Shown here: positions 1 to 11,010 of the stretch, one piece after another
Numbering within the stretch: position 1 is the first letter of the stretch
How the letters are laid out: every line of letters begins with the position of its first letter
Program-made: the position numbers and the translations under genes
NCBI RefSeq assembly: GCF_001194135.2
Contig: NC_068984.1
Span: 99,563,761-99,627,760 of the forward strand
Direction of reading: 5' to 3'
DNA: 64,000 bases
DNA from: Octopus bimaculoides
Taxonomy: Eukaryota
Notes under the pieces: generated by a model
What the model was told of the DNA's origin: nothing
What the model saw: the letters and a program-made list of their open reading frames with translations, nothing else
Databases searched by the model: none

Positions 1-239
1 TGTTGCTATTTGTGTATATGCTTATATGTGTGTGTATTTTTGCTGATGTATTTTTGTGAGTTTGCATGTCTATGTATGTGGATGAGTGTGTTTGTGTGTA
101 TGTATGTGGATGTATGTATGAATATATGTGCTTTCATGTGTGTGAATGTATGTATAAGTATGTAAATGTGTGTTTATATATATGCATGTGTGTGCGTGTT
201 CTGGTTAACACCAAGTCAAACCTGATAGAGCAGACATAG

Positions 240-590
240 TTATCATCATCATCATTTAACGTCTGTTTTCCATACTGGCATGGGCTAACAGGAGCTGGCC
301 TGCTGGAAAGTTATCTGGACTCCATTCGTCTGTCAGCTTTGACATGGTTTCTATGGTTAGATGCCCTTCCTAATGCCAACCACATTACAGAATGTAATGG
401 GTGCTTTAACGTGGTACTGGTATGGGCTCTTTTATACGGCACCAGCACAGGCACTTGTATGTGGCACCAGCATGGGTGCCTTTACATGGCACTGGCATGG
501 GTGCTTTTATGTGACACTGACACAGGCATTTTTACATGGCATCAGCATGGGTGCTTTTATATAGTACCAGCACCCATGAGCCAAGTATTC
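240..590 (-). mobile_element. 3' end of RTE-type LINE (or SINE sharing its tail) with internal ~24-nt minisatellite
   Basis: Starts with (ATC)n-ATTTAACGTC, the reverse complement of the tail after the RTE remnant at 35440-36060. Contains imperfect GGCACCAGCATGGGTGCTTTTACAT-like units. Related copies near 16725, 31370, 50150 and 56750. Confidence 0.65.
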
Positions 591-1558
591 TAATCATTCT
601 GGTATTAGAATACCAAATATTCTAATCATTCTGTCTCTTCAACAACATTACATCATGTGTCCTTTCTCCTCTCAGATGTGGTTTGAGGAAGATTTGGTTG
701 CTATCTCCAGTATATCAAGCAACCATATCGAAGTTCATAGTTGTTGTTGTTCAACCCTAGATCAACCCTAATGGAGCAAACTCAGGATCAATGGCATTCT
801 AGTCATGACGATCCTATCTTTTAACAGACACACTATATGAAGGATTCTCTATATTGCATCCCTTCATTTTCAAGAAAGTAGGATGCAGTTTCAATGGAGT
901 ATTGGCTATTACTTCCTGCAGGTCAAGTAGCCATGCAGAGGAGCCCTTGACAGAGTTGTTATTTTTTTTATTCTTTAGCCCTAGGTCAAGCCTGATACAA
1001 CAAACAAGCTTTCTGACCATGACTACTCTGTCCGTAGTATTTCAGACTACATAATACAATGCATGCTTTTTCTCTCTTTTAAGACATGAATGCTTGATTT
1101 GAAGGAAATTGACTGTTGTTTCTTGCAGGTCAAGAAACAACGTAGAGATTTCTATGTTGACTTCTTGTTTTTGTTTTTCTACTCAAACAATGCCAGGCAG
1201 ATATTTTGTTTCACATATTATGTGCGATGTCCAGTTAAAAGGAATGTATATCATTCATCTATGTGTTAAACCAATAGTTTTGACAAGGCTTTGTCACTTT
1301 CAAACATTATACAAAGTGTTTAAAAGAAACATAATTTTCTTAATGGGCTGAAGACACAAGAAACTTGTTTACTTTTGATGTATTTTGAATAAATTTATAT
1401 ATATTATCACAATAAATCTTAATTTATTGATATATTTGTATGTGCCTGTGTGTGCATAAATACATATAGCAATATTTCTCTTTCTATCTGTCTACCTACC
1501 TACCTACCTACCTACCTACCTACCTACCTATCTATCTATCTATCTATCTGCCTACCAG

Positions 1559-1622
<64 letters not shown>

Positions 1623-1625
<3 letters not shown>

Positions 1626-3070
1626 TGCATCTGATAGTCTGGTCAATACACACACGCAGTCTGAGCTATGGCAAAAAACATATATATCTGATATATTATA
1701 AAATTCACTGTGTGTTTCCTCTGCATAGCCACACTGCCAGATCAATCTGTATCAAATTTGGTATGAAGGTTTTTCATTACTTGGGGATGGTTCTAGGGTT
1801 ATCAGATTTTGGCCCTTGCCAACTATACGACCCTTCCAATTTATTTTTTTAGTGGTATAATACCAAATTTGGCAGGAAGGTTTTTCATTACTTGGGGAAG
1901 GTTCTAGGTCAAATTTTGGCCCTTGCCCATGTAGGGGGCAGTAGCACCCCTACCACCACCATACGACCCTTCTGATATTTTTTTCAGTGGTATTATATTG
2001 TTTCACTTTTATTCATTCACTTTTGACTTCTAATTTTTTTTTCAGCTGTATAGTATTGTTTCACTTTTATTCTTTCACTTTTCATAAGACTACAATATTG
2101 TTTATACTACATACATACAACTGCTTACAAAAATAGGGATTAATGTATGATTTTTTCTATGTTCATAATTTTTTGTTTACAGTATTGAAAAGCAGTGAGC
2201 TGGCAGAATCATTAGCATGCTGGGCGAAATTCTTAGCAGTATTTTGTCTGCCGCTACATTCTGAGTTCAAATTCCATCAAGGTTGACTTTGCCTTTCATC
2301 CTTTCGGGGTTGATTAAATAAGTACCAGTTATGCATTGGGTTTGATGTAATTACTTAATCCCTTTGTCTGTCCTTGTTTGTCCCCTCTATGTTTAGCCCC
2401 TTGTGGGCAATAAAGAAATAAATATTGAAAGATGCCACCAAAGAAAAGATGTAATTTCTCCAGAAACAACTATAAAGCAAGGCTGATTGTAGAAAACCGA
2501 AGGCGAGAATCTCAAGAGAGAAAGGAGATGAAACTTTCTCAACGTCAGCAAATGCATACTGCAGCACGTCAAATGGAGTCTCAAGAGAGAAGGGAGATGA
2601 GACTTTCCCAAGATCAGCAAATGCATGCTGCAGCATGTCAAATAGAATCTCAAGACAAGTGAGATGACACTTTCTTAAGATCAGCAAACGCATGTCAGAT
2701 GGAGTCTGAATAGAGAAGGGAGATGAGACTTTCTCAAATTTTCCACATGAAACTTATGGCATGTGCTACTCATGTGGTAAGTTAAGATTGCTAGCACTAC
2801 CAGCTCCTCCTCAACCACTTATAGATTTTCTGGAAGGCACTTCCATGCAGTCAAAGGATTTTCTGAACAATATCAGACAATACAACTCTGCATTTCAAAT
2901 GACATCGTTTGATGCATCTAAGGAGATAGTTGAACATGGATTTACACCAATGTTCAAAGTTCAAGGGCAAGTCCATCACCTCATTGCTTCCCTGTTACCC
3001 ACAAATGAACAACCACACTTCCTCCATATTTACTCTGTGAGTGATGTTGGATAACAAACATGAAGGAGGT
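1623..3070 (+). mobile_element. Decayed Helitron: non-coding 5' part plus N-terminal RepHel coding remnant, interrupted by a SINE
   Basis: 2432-2662 reads MPPKKR...ESQERREMRLSQ repeats. 2761-3054 reads MCYSCGKLRL...FLNNIRQYNSAFQMTSF...FKVQGQVHHLIASLLP...FLHIY, matching my recollection of the Helitron N-terminal region (IRQYNSAFQMTSFG, FKVQGQVYHRIGSLLP). Upstream are ~120-bp tandem duplications (caaatttgg...gaaggtttttcattacttgggga). Confidence 0.85.
2188..2423 (+). mobile_element. tRNA-derived SINE with Nin-like core (family A)
   Basis: Head GCAGTGAGCTGGCAGAATCATTAGC, B-box-like GAGTTCAAATTCC, core GGTTGACTTTGCCTTTCATCCTTTCGGGGTTGATTAAATAAGTACCAG. More than 10 copies in the window. Confidence 0.85.
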
Positions 3071-3361
3071 GTCAAAACTTCAGATGATGGGTCGTGTTAG
3101 ATGCAGCACAGACTGCTGCAAAGGAGAGTATATCCACTGACAGCTCTTGTGTGTGTTCAAAAATCATATACGCCCATCCCCAATTTTCATGACAGGTTAG
3201 GGCATAGAATACTCCAAACAGAGGTGTGACGTGTTGTTTAGTCAAATTAGCCCATCATTTACTCCACAAATGTTTTGTCATCAATGCTGTACTTTCCCGT
3301 TTCAACATAACTGTTATATATATATAAACTATGCCATTTTAATCCCAAGCANNNNNNNNNN

Positions 3362-3410
<49 letters not shown>

Positions 3411-3762
3411 TAAACAAATAACGGATTAGTTTAGTTGGTTAGATATTTAACCAATTAGCTGACAATAAAGAAGTGATATTAAACCAGTGCATGTGTTTAA
3501 TAGAGTAATGACTTTCCCAATGCTCAAGAATCGTTTTTTCATACAAATTCACCTCAAGAATCTTGCAAACCAAATGCAGAAGCAATATGTAGAAGTGTGT
3601 GAGTATGTATGTGTGTATATGTATATATTTATGCGTGTGTGTGTGTATATTTATATATGTGTGTACATATATATATATGTATATATATTTACACACACGC
3701 AAACACAGATATTTTTTCTCTTTCTTCTGCCTTTGAATTCTTTCTCTATGCTTTTTATATTC

Positions 3763-3794
3763 TCTTTGACAAAGGTATCTCCTGAAACGTCAGA
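3763..3794 (+). ncRNA. Degenerate minimal type I hammerhead motif
   Basis: TCT-TTGACAA-AGG tatct CCT-GAAAC-GTC-AGA. The core CTGACGA is mutated to TTGACAA. Confidence 0.4.
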
Positions 3795-3959
3795 TTCTCT
3801 TCTGTTTCTTCCTTGAGTATATTCAGCTTCATTGTAACACTTTTTCCTTTGTGTTTTTTTTTTGTATGTTTTCATTTTATATATCAACACTTTTCAACCA
3901 TGTGCTTTCACCTGTCTGTCTCACAGTATTTTTGCTTCTTTGTTTTCTCTTTGTCTCAG

Positions 3960-3994
3960 ATTTGATGCATGATATTTGTGCAAGTCTTAACAAT
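3960..3994 (+). CDS. Candidate small exon (DLMHDICASLNN) of unidentified gene
   Basis: Long pyrimidine tract ending TTGTCTCAG and donor AAT|GTGTGT, frame open. No homology recognised. Confidence 0.25.
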
Positions 3995-4394
3995 GTGTGT
4001 GTGTCTGTGTGTGTTGATGTTATAAAGATTCATAAACTTTCAAGAGAACAAGAAATAATTATCTTTGAAATAGGTTCTTGAAGTACACATAAAGCTATAA
4101 ATAATGGTTTCAAATTTTGGCACAAGGCTGGCAATTTTAGAGGTGGTGTTCAATTTTAGAGGTGGTGTTCAAGCGGTACTTATTGATATGATAATGATGG
4201 AGTACAGTACAGGGGAGAGAAGGCACAGAAAAAAAAGGTGATTGATGGAGACAGTAGTCAGGGAAAGACAATGAGAAATGGAAGGGTTTGAAGTGGGAGA
4301 TGCTACTCACAGTATTTTGTAGTGAAGAAAGTTTCTCGCTGTAGACAAATAGGTATAAATACAGTGAGTCAGCTCACAACAACCCCTAACCAGA

Positions 4395-4436
4395 CCGTGG
4401 GATGCATTTCAGAGTGGTTATCTCCTCTGCAGTTAC
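4395..4436 (-). ncRNA. Degenerate type I hammerhead motif
   Basis: Minus strand GTAA-CTGCAGA-GGAG ataacca CTCT-GAAA-TGC-ATC-CCAC. Core A6 is mutated and stem I is restored by two A>G reversions. Confidence 0.35.
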
Positions 4437-4489
4437 AGAGATTGGAAAGACAGAGACTGTGAACTGACATTAGAGACAGGTTCCTCTTA

Positions 4490-5152
4490 GGATATTCCCA
4501 CAGTTTGGTTATGGAGGTCTGTGGGATGACTCAAAAACACCAATCTTAAGAATTCTGAAAGTGAACACTACCTGGGTATTATTGTCAACTGCAATTTGTG
4601 CTGGACAAACCACATCTCTAAAATTGTCAAGAAGGCTGAGGGTATCTTAGTACCACTCAGTATGACCTTTGTCAGCCACTCTCCAGCTATCTATTTAAAG
4701 CTGTATATGGTTTTTGTATATCCACACTTAGAGTTTACATCACAAGTCTGGAACCTCTATCTTGCTAAGCATAACAATCACTTAGAAACTATTCAGAAAC
4801 ATTCAACCAGACAAATACCTGTCATCCAAACATTTTGCTTCTCTTGGCATAAACGCATTAAAGCTTCAACATCTGGCAACTGACTTCGTAGAGACTCACA
4901 AAATTATCCACCATCTTTCCAACAACAACCTTGGGCACCTTTTTGAATTCCGTATGTCTAACACCCATGGACATGCTTAGAAAATCAAAAACACAACAGA
5001 GAACCCATGGCTCTCAGAAATATTTTTTTATGTTCAACATTTCTGAAGCATGGAATAAAATACCTGCATCAGTTGTTGGCTGTAGGACACTATATTCTTC
5101 AAAACTTCTATGCTTCCCGAAATTTGCCAACATTACAGCTGATCCTCCATCT

Positions 5153-5184
<32 letters not shown>

Positions 5185-5260
5185 AAGCGACTCACTTCCT
5201 GTACATTATTCTACATATTGTTCGTGCACCTGAGCACTGTATACAATAAAGTCATTATTT
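4490..5260 (+). mobile_element. CR1-clade LINE, 3' RT fragment
   Basis: CWTNHISKIVKKAEGIL...LYMVFVYPHLEFTSQVWNLYLAKHNNHLETIQKHSTRQIP resembles the CR1 RT C-terminus. Followed by FFMFNISEAWNKIPASVV and an AATAAA tail near 5246. Confidence 0.85.
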
Positions 5261-5287
5261 ATCATATTTACACCAATTAGTTTACAG

Positions 5288-5359
5288 CAAGAAATTTTCT
5301 TCATAACAAAATACAGTGATTGGCTTTCTGATGAGTGCAAATATTCCTCAAACTTACAA
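5288..5359 (+). CDS. Candidate 72-nt phase 0-0 exon (QEIFFITKYSDWLSDECKYSSNLQ)
   Basis: Acceptor TTTACAG and weak donor CAA|GTTTGC, frame open. Confidence 0.25.
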
Positions 5360-5839
5360 GTTTGCATTATCACTGCTCAGCACAGTCATCACACATTATA
5401 ATTTTCACTGTTCATAAATTCTAATTTGACATTTAAGAAGTTTTTGAATTTTCCTTTTTAAAGGAATTTTCCTTCTTAAAGAATGGATTCAATTTGAGAA
5501 AACTATCATGTATTTCTTCTGAAAAAATTGATCAATAATAAAATTGTTACTCAGTGACATCTTATCCAGAAGTTAAAAGAGTTCCAAAAATGCTAATTAC
5601 TCTCATCTAATGTCTGAATAGGGTAAACATTATTCTCCAACTAATTTCCAGCTTCTTTGTTCTCTCTACTTTTACTTCTACTTTTAGCGTTACACTTCTT
5701 AATTTGCGTTTTGCTGGTCATTAGAACTAAGGACATGATAGAGTGTCCTGAATTTGCACTACAGGTTAGCAGGCCAAAATAACAAAGAAACACACCCAGT
5801 GTTACTTTGATTTCAAATATGTGCTATTTGATCTTATAG

Positions 5840-5890
5840 ACACCACACAGGAAAGCCATTTGTCACATGAACAGAAATTCATATTTTCAG
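5840..5890 (+). CDS. Candidate small exon, frame ambiguous
   Basis: Acceptor CTTATAG (5839) or CACACAG (5850) and donor CAG|GTGTGT. Open as TPHRKAICHMNRNSYFQ or (D)TTQESHLSHEQKFIFS(G). Confidence 0.3.
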
Positions 5891-6235
5891 GTGTGTGCAT
5901 ATGTATATATGTATGTGTATGTATATTTACACACACAAACACAAATATACGTGCACATACACACATGTATGTATGTATACAGACACACACATTCACATAC
6001 ATGTGCATGTATATATATATTTGCTTTCCATGACATAATGAATAATCGTTATTTAAAATGTATTTGTTGCCAGGAGATAAGCGTCGCTTCCATAATAATT
6101 CCTTAATATTTTCTCATGATGTTTCAACAATTCTGTAGAAAAGTAACATTGTATAATGAGTTATATTTATACCATCAGGTGTTTGTTAAATTAGTAACAA
6201 TTTTTGCCATACAATTGATTGATGCTAGATAACAT

Positions 6236-6348
6236 ATGACGCCTTCATTAATTCTCAAAGGACATGGAACTGATTTTGTTGAAGAATTGTTTAATAAATA
6301 TTTGGCAAGCCTTCTACTGAATATTGAACTAGAGTCTGCTACAGAAAT
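6236..6348 (+). CDS. Candidate exon MTPSLILKGHGTDFVEELFNKYLASLLLNIELESATE(I)
   Basis: Protein-like open frame and donor AT|GTAATT at 6349. Phase-compatible with the next exon across a 113-nt intron. The 5' boundary is uncertain: ATG 6236, AAG acceptor 6260, or CAG acceptor 6178 with in-frame TAA at 6230. Confidence 0.45.
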
Positions 6349-6461
6349 GTAATTAATTGAAGGGAAAAATCCAAATTGGGAACAAAAAAGAAATGTAATA
6401 TACAAAAGAAAGCAAAAATGAAAATAGATGTTTTTTTTTTGTTTTTTTTTTGTTATTTCAG

Positions 6462-6528
6462 TTTTGGTTTTCAGGAAGAATTAAAGAGTATCTTTCATGC
6501 ATCATATTTTAGTGAGAGACTGAAATAG
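6462..6528 (+). CDS. Candidate exon (I)FGFQEELKSIFHASYF[SERLK*]
   Basis: Strong poly-T tract plus TTTCAG acceptor. The phase-2 join gives ATE-I-FGFQEELK. Either donor A|GTGAGA at 6512 or stop TAG at 6526-6528. Confidence 0.45.
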
Positions 6529-7174
6529 ATTCTGAGATAACAAGGTAGTAGCTTTCACATAGTTGCATCATTTGCTAGATATAGCAGCCACATCCCCATT
6601 AAATCATACCCTCTTCTTTTTAAAAAATGGAAGACAGCATTGATGACATTACATAATGTAATCATTAAGAATCTTAAAAATAGCAAAGATGGTCATGGAT
6701 TGAATGCAGTTGATCATAACAGTTCAAGTGTGGTTGCCTGGGGCTAGGCAACAAAAGTTTGTTACAAAAAAATTAGGGAGTCTTTAAGTGGTTATTAGGG
6801 ATAAACAATAACTTGGGTGTTGTAGTACTTTATCTCCAAACACAGGAGTAAATGTCTCATCAGGCATTAAAGCAGTTCTGTTGGTGTTTCAGCCCCTTCC
6901 ATCATGACACTAAAGCAGCCTAGGCCCATCTGCTGATGCAGGCAACAAAACTTCCACACAACAGCACAAACTTTGTTGAGTTAGATGTTGTGACTCTGGG
7001 CCAGGTGTTTCTACTATCTTCAATGCTCGATATTTCAGCACCACTTATTTTCTCTCTTGAACCAGATGTAATGGCTTGCTTTCTCAGTGGCTTTCAAAAA
7101 GTTTCTGGCATCATTTTTCCTTTCTTCCACTGCCAATCCCAAACTCCTGAATCCTGGTTCCAACAATTTCTCTA

Positions 7175-7563
7175 GGGTGTGACTGTGTGGTAAGAAGCTT
7201 GGTTCAGGGTTCAGTCCCACAGTGTGACATCTTAAACAAGTGTCTTCTACTATAGCCTTGGACCAACCAAAGCTTTGTGAATAGATTTGGTAGATGGAAA
7301 CTGAAAGAAGCCTGTCGTATATATGTATATATATCTGTGTGTGTCTTTGTGTCTGTTTTCCTCTCCTACCACTGCTTGACAACTTGTGTTGGTGTGTTTA
7401 CATCCCCATAACTTAGCATTTCACTAAAGAGACCAATAGAATAAGTACCAGGTTTAGCAAAAAAATTAAATACTGGGGTTGATTCATTCTTCAAGAGGAT
7501 GCCCCAGCATGGCCACAGTCTAGTGACTGAAACAAGTAAAAGATAAAAGAAAAGATAAAAGAA
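7175..7563 (+). mobile_element. tRNA-derived SINE (family B, octopus OR-like) with internal microsatellite
   Basis: A-box-like CTGTGTGGTAAG, B-box-like GGTTCAGTCCC, body CAAAGCTTTGTGAATAGATTTGGTAGATGGAAACTGAAAGAAGCC, then (TA)(TG) tract and tail CCAGCATGGCCACAGTC...GAAACAAGTAAAAG. Confidence 0.85.
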
Positions 7564-7790
7564 TACCTGTCTCTACATAAAGACATATTGCCTCTCATCC
7601 ACTGTTTTCACAGAATTCAGTCAGCTCACCATAGCTTCTGCCACTCTTGAGGAAAGCTTCTTTGATCTTTGCTTCCCAGAGAACTGTCATTTCCACTGTC
7701 TTCACCCCCTTCCTTTCTTTGCATCATATGACAAGACTGGATCTTTTAGTGGCAAGAAATGGAAAGTGATATTTATCATCAAAATATATA

Positions 7791-9026
7791 CAGGAGTTGG
7801 ACAAAATAATGGAAACACCTAGCATCATAGCATCATAATTTTGAAATATTAATAAAACCGTTGAAAGCTTCTTTATTTCTATGTTTTTTATTTATTCTTA
7901 GTGTTCCTAAATATCTTTTGCTAAAATTGCTGTTTCTTTTCAGATATCATCAGAAAAAAGTGATTAAAATTTATTTAAATGACAGATCTATCAAACTTTC
8001 AGAGAGGTCAAATTGTTGGTGCTCGTATGGCAGGTACTAGTGTGATGAAAACTGCCAAAATGTTTGGTATATCAAGAAGTACTGTCCCAAAAGTAATGAC
8101 AGCCTTTGAGAAAGAGGGAAAAAACCTCCTTGTCAAAACAAAGCTCTGGAATAAAACCAAAACGTTCGGATACAGACCGTCAGACTCTTATGTGAATTGT
8201 TAGAAAGGATCACAAAAGTACAGCTCCCAAAATTACTGCAGAGCTTAATGACCACCTTGAGAACCCAGTTTCCACAAAAACTGTTTACCAGGAGCTGCAC
8301 AAAGCCGGATTTCACGGAAACCACTACTTTCAAAAACAAGCATTGCAAAGCATTAAGAGTGGAGTAAAAACCTACAGAATTAGTCCCTAGAGCAGTGGAA
8401 GAATGTTATTTTCTCTGATGAGTCATCCTTTACCTTATCTCCGACCACTGGCTGAGTATACGTGTGGAGACAGCCAAAAGAAGCATTTGACTCAGACTGC
8501 CTTCTTCCAACTGTTAAGCATGGAGGAGGATCTGTAATGATCTGGGCGGGCTATATCTTGGAAATCCGCTGGTCCAATGGTTTCCCTTCATGGCAGAATT
8601 AATAATCAAGACTATTTAAGCATTTTATTTGATCAGATTCATCCCATGTTTGCAGAACTGTTTCCAGAGAGAAACACAATCTTTCAGGATGATAATGCAC
8701 CAATTCACACAGCTAAAGTTGTTACTGAATGGCACAAGGAACGTTCTAGTGAAGTTGAACATGTTATCTGAACATATTATTGAACATTTATGGTACATTT
8801 TGAAAAACAAGTAAGGAGTCAATATCCTCCACCATCATCACCACAAGAACTGGAGACTGTTTTAGCTGAAGAATGGACAAATATTCCTTTGGAAACAATT
8901 CAAACTTTGTTGGAGTCCATAGCTTATAGAATTAAAGCTGTAATTACTGCCAAAGGTGGTCCTACCCAATATTTAAATAAATTTGTTTGAAATTTTAAGG
9001 TGTTTCCATTATTTTGTCCAACCCTG
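7791..9026 (+). mobile_element. Full-length but frameshifted Tc1-family DNA transposon
   Basis: ~29-bp TIRs CAGGAGTTGGACAAAATAATGGAAACACCT / AGGTGTTTCCATTATTTTGTCCAACCCTG and left TA. Transposase remnants: MTDLSNFQRGQIVGARMAG (HTH), FSDES, FQDDNAPIH, NIIEHLW, IKAVITAKGGPTQY. Confidence 0.95.
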
Positions 9027-9111
9027 GCATATATCAAAGAAAAGCATTTATCTTATTGTTCTTTTCTTGGTTCCAGTTATTGAACTTCAGCTATTCTGGA
9101 GCACTACCTTC

Positions 9112-9287
9112 CTGTAGCATAGCTGGATGGATGCAGGTCAAATGGTAGGGCAGTCCCCTTTGGGCAATGCTTTTATGGGGGGGCCAGCATTTTTGGTTCA
9201 CTTATATAACCCAGTATAGGCTTGTGGGGCCTGAGAAGGCACACTCAAGAGCTTCCTCCTGTGGCACACACCCTAGCTACATGACTG
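9112..9287. mobile_element. Probable hAT-type MITE
   Basis: Degenerate 15-bp TIRs resembling CAGTGGCGTAGCTAG (CTGTAGCATAGCTGG / CTAGCTACATGACTG). Flanking 8-mers CTACCTTC / CTACTTCC look like a decayed TSD. Confidence 0.45.
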
Positions 9288-9359
9288 CTACTTCCAAGGG
9301 TTTTATTCTGTCATACTGGCCCTAGTACTTAATTTAGTCAGGTACTTACATTTTTTATC

Positions 9360-11010
9360 GATTTCTACCCAGTGCACGTAAGTGAAAGCAGGGTATTGTA
9401 ATCATTTGTCTTTGTCTGTTTGCAAAATTACTGGAAAACGGCTGAAGAGATTTTCACTAAATTTGACAGAAATGCTCATTGGGTGAGTGGCTCAAAATGA
9501 TGAAAATTTGGTCTGATTATCTTCAAACATACATAAATACATTCTAGGTCGTCCCATAAAGAATGTGGTTTTTCCAATTGCATGAAATAAAAGTCAGAGA
9601 GGGACAGGATAAACTACCTGCATCAACTTGCTATAAAAGCAGGTAGTAATGTTACCTTGTCCTTATTCTAAGTGCAAGTTTTGAAGAGTGCAGTTTGATT
9701 TTAACAGTTACTTTTGCAGAGCTATAATGGAAGTGACAAAGGAGCATATTCACTATATTTTGCTTTGTGAGTTCAATGAAGGCAACAATGCAATGGAAAG
9801 TGAAAGGAATATTAATGCTGTATATGGGGATTGGACAATAAGCATAAGCTAGTATCAATGGTGGTTCCAGAAATTCCAAGTCAGAAACTACAGCCTAGAA
9901 GATGAGCCTCATCCTGGAAGATCTGTAGAGCAAATCCTGCAAATCCTGATGGAACAAAATGCCATTGTAACTGTTGAGGAACTAACAGAAAAGCTTGGGT
10001 TTAGTCATTCAACCATTCATCAATATCTGTATGCCATCACAAAAGTCAATGGGTTCCTCACAAACTTTCCAAGTGTAATCGTGTGCAGAGGGTGAATGTG
10101 TGCTCTTTACTATCATGTCTCGCGAATAAACCTTTATTAGACCGAGTAGTGACTGGTAATGAGAAATGGGCTCTCTATAAAAATGTGAAATACCAAAGAT
10201 AGTGGATAGGGAAAGGAGAATCACTGGCACCCTAGGCTAAAGAAGATCTTCACCCACGTAAGGTGTTGTTATCTGTTTGGTGGAATGTGAAAGCTTTAGT
10301 CCACTTTGAACTTTTAAACCCAAAACAAACGATAACAAAGGAGATCTACAGTGAGCAGCTTGAGCAAGCACTAGAAGAAAAACAACCATCTTTGTTTTCA
10401 AGATGAAATGTTTTCTTCCATCAGGATAATGCTCAGCCACATACAGCAAGGATGACATTCCAAAGGCTGGAGCAGTTTGAATGGGAAGCAATGCCCCACC
10501 CACCATATTTACCGGACATTGGCCCATTTGATTATCATTTATTCTGCAGTCTTCAAAATCATTTGTACAGAAGAAATATGACTTCTGTAGATGAGGTCAG
10601 AACAGTGAATTTTGTTCATGAACGAGTGAATTTTGGAAGAGAGGGTCTTGTGAGTCAAGCAGATAGATAGAAGAGCATTGTAGAAAATGAAGGTGGGCAT
10701 ATTTTGGATTAAAAAAGAACTTTATCTTAATTTTGAAAAATAACAATGGTATAAAAAACGCATAACTATTGAATGACCCAATACATAGATATGCAACTCT
10801 GTGTGTGTGTATGTGTGTGTGTGTGTGTGTGTGTGCGTGTGCCCATGTGTGTGTACAGTGATGGATTCAAAGATTTCATTTATTTACAAGTTGATTTCTT
10901 AATTTCACGGAGTATAATTACCTATAATGGTGGTACTTAAAAACAAAAAAATTCTTTTTAATTATCTGCATGCAGGGTATGCATCGCCACTCCGATGCCT
11001 TTTTTTTTTC
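9360..11010 (+). mobile_element. Helentron/HINE-like non-autonomous element split by a mariner insertion
   Basis: 5' part TTTCTACCC...GCAGGGTATTGTAATC...GTCTGTTTGCAAAATTACTGGAAAACGGCTGAAGAGATTTTCACTAAATTTG. 3' part GCAGGGTAT followed by hairpin GCATCG-CCACTC-CGATGC and a T run (10973-11008). Confidence 0.55.
9543..10781 (+). mobile_element. Near full-length degenerate mariner (DD34D-type) transposon
   Basis: TIR-like ends TCTAGGTCGTCCCATAAAGAATGTGGTTTTT / AAAAAACGCATAACTATTGAATGACCCAATA. Transposase from 9728 MEVTKEHI..., then VTGNEKW, FHQDNAQPH, DIGPFDYHLF, with stops and frameshifts. Confidence 0.92.

Noticed and set aside
1129-1351. Possible exon after TTTCTTGCAG
   Set aside because: Several frames and boundaries are equally plausible, and no phase-consistent partner or recognisable motif was found.
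5316-5376. CTGATGAG-containing hairpin, considered as hammerhead or SECIS
   Set aside because: No GAAA after the stem and no 3' GA for the SECIS quartet. It also overlaps a candidate exon.
6175-6405. Minus-strand 76-aa ORF with an acceptor-like TTCTGTAG
   Set aside because: It is the in-register antisense of the + strand candidate, which has a matching downstream exon. Not fully excluded.
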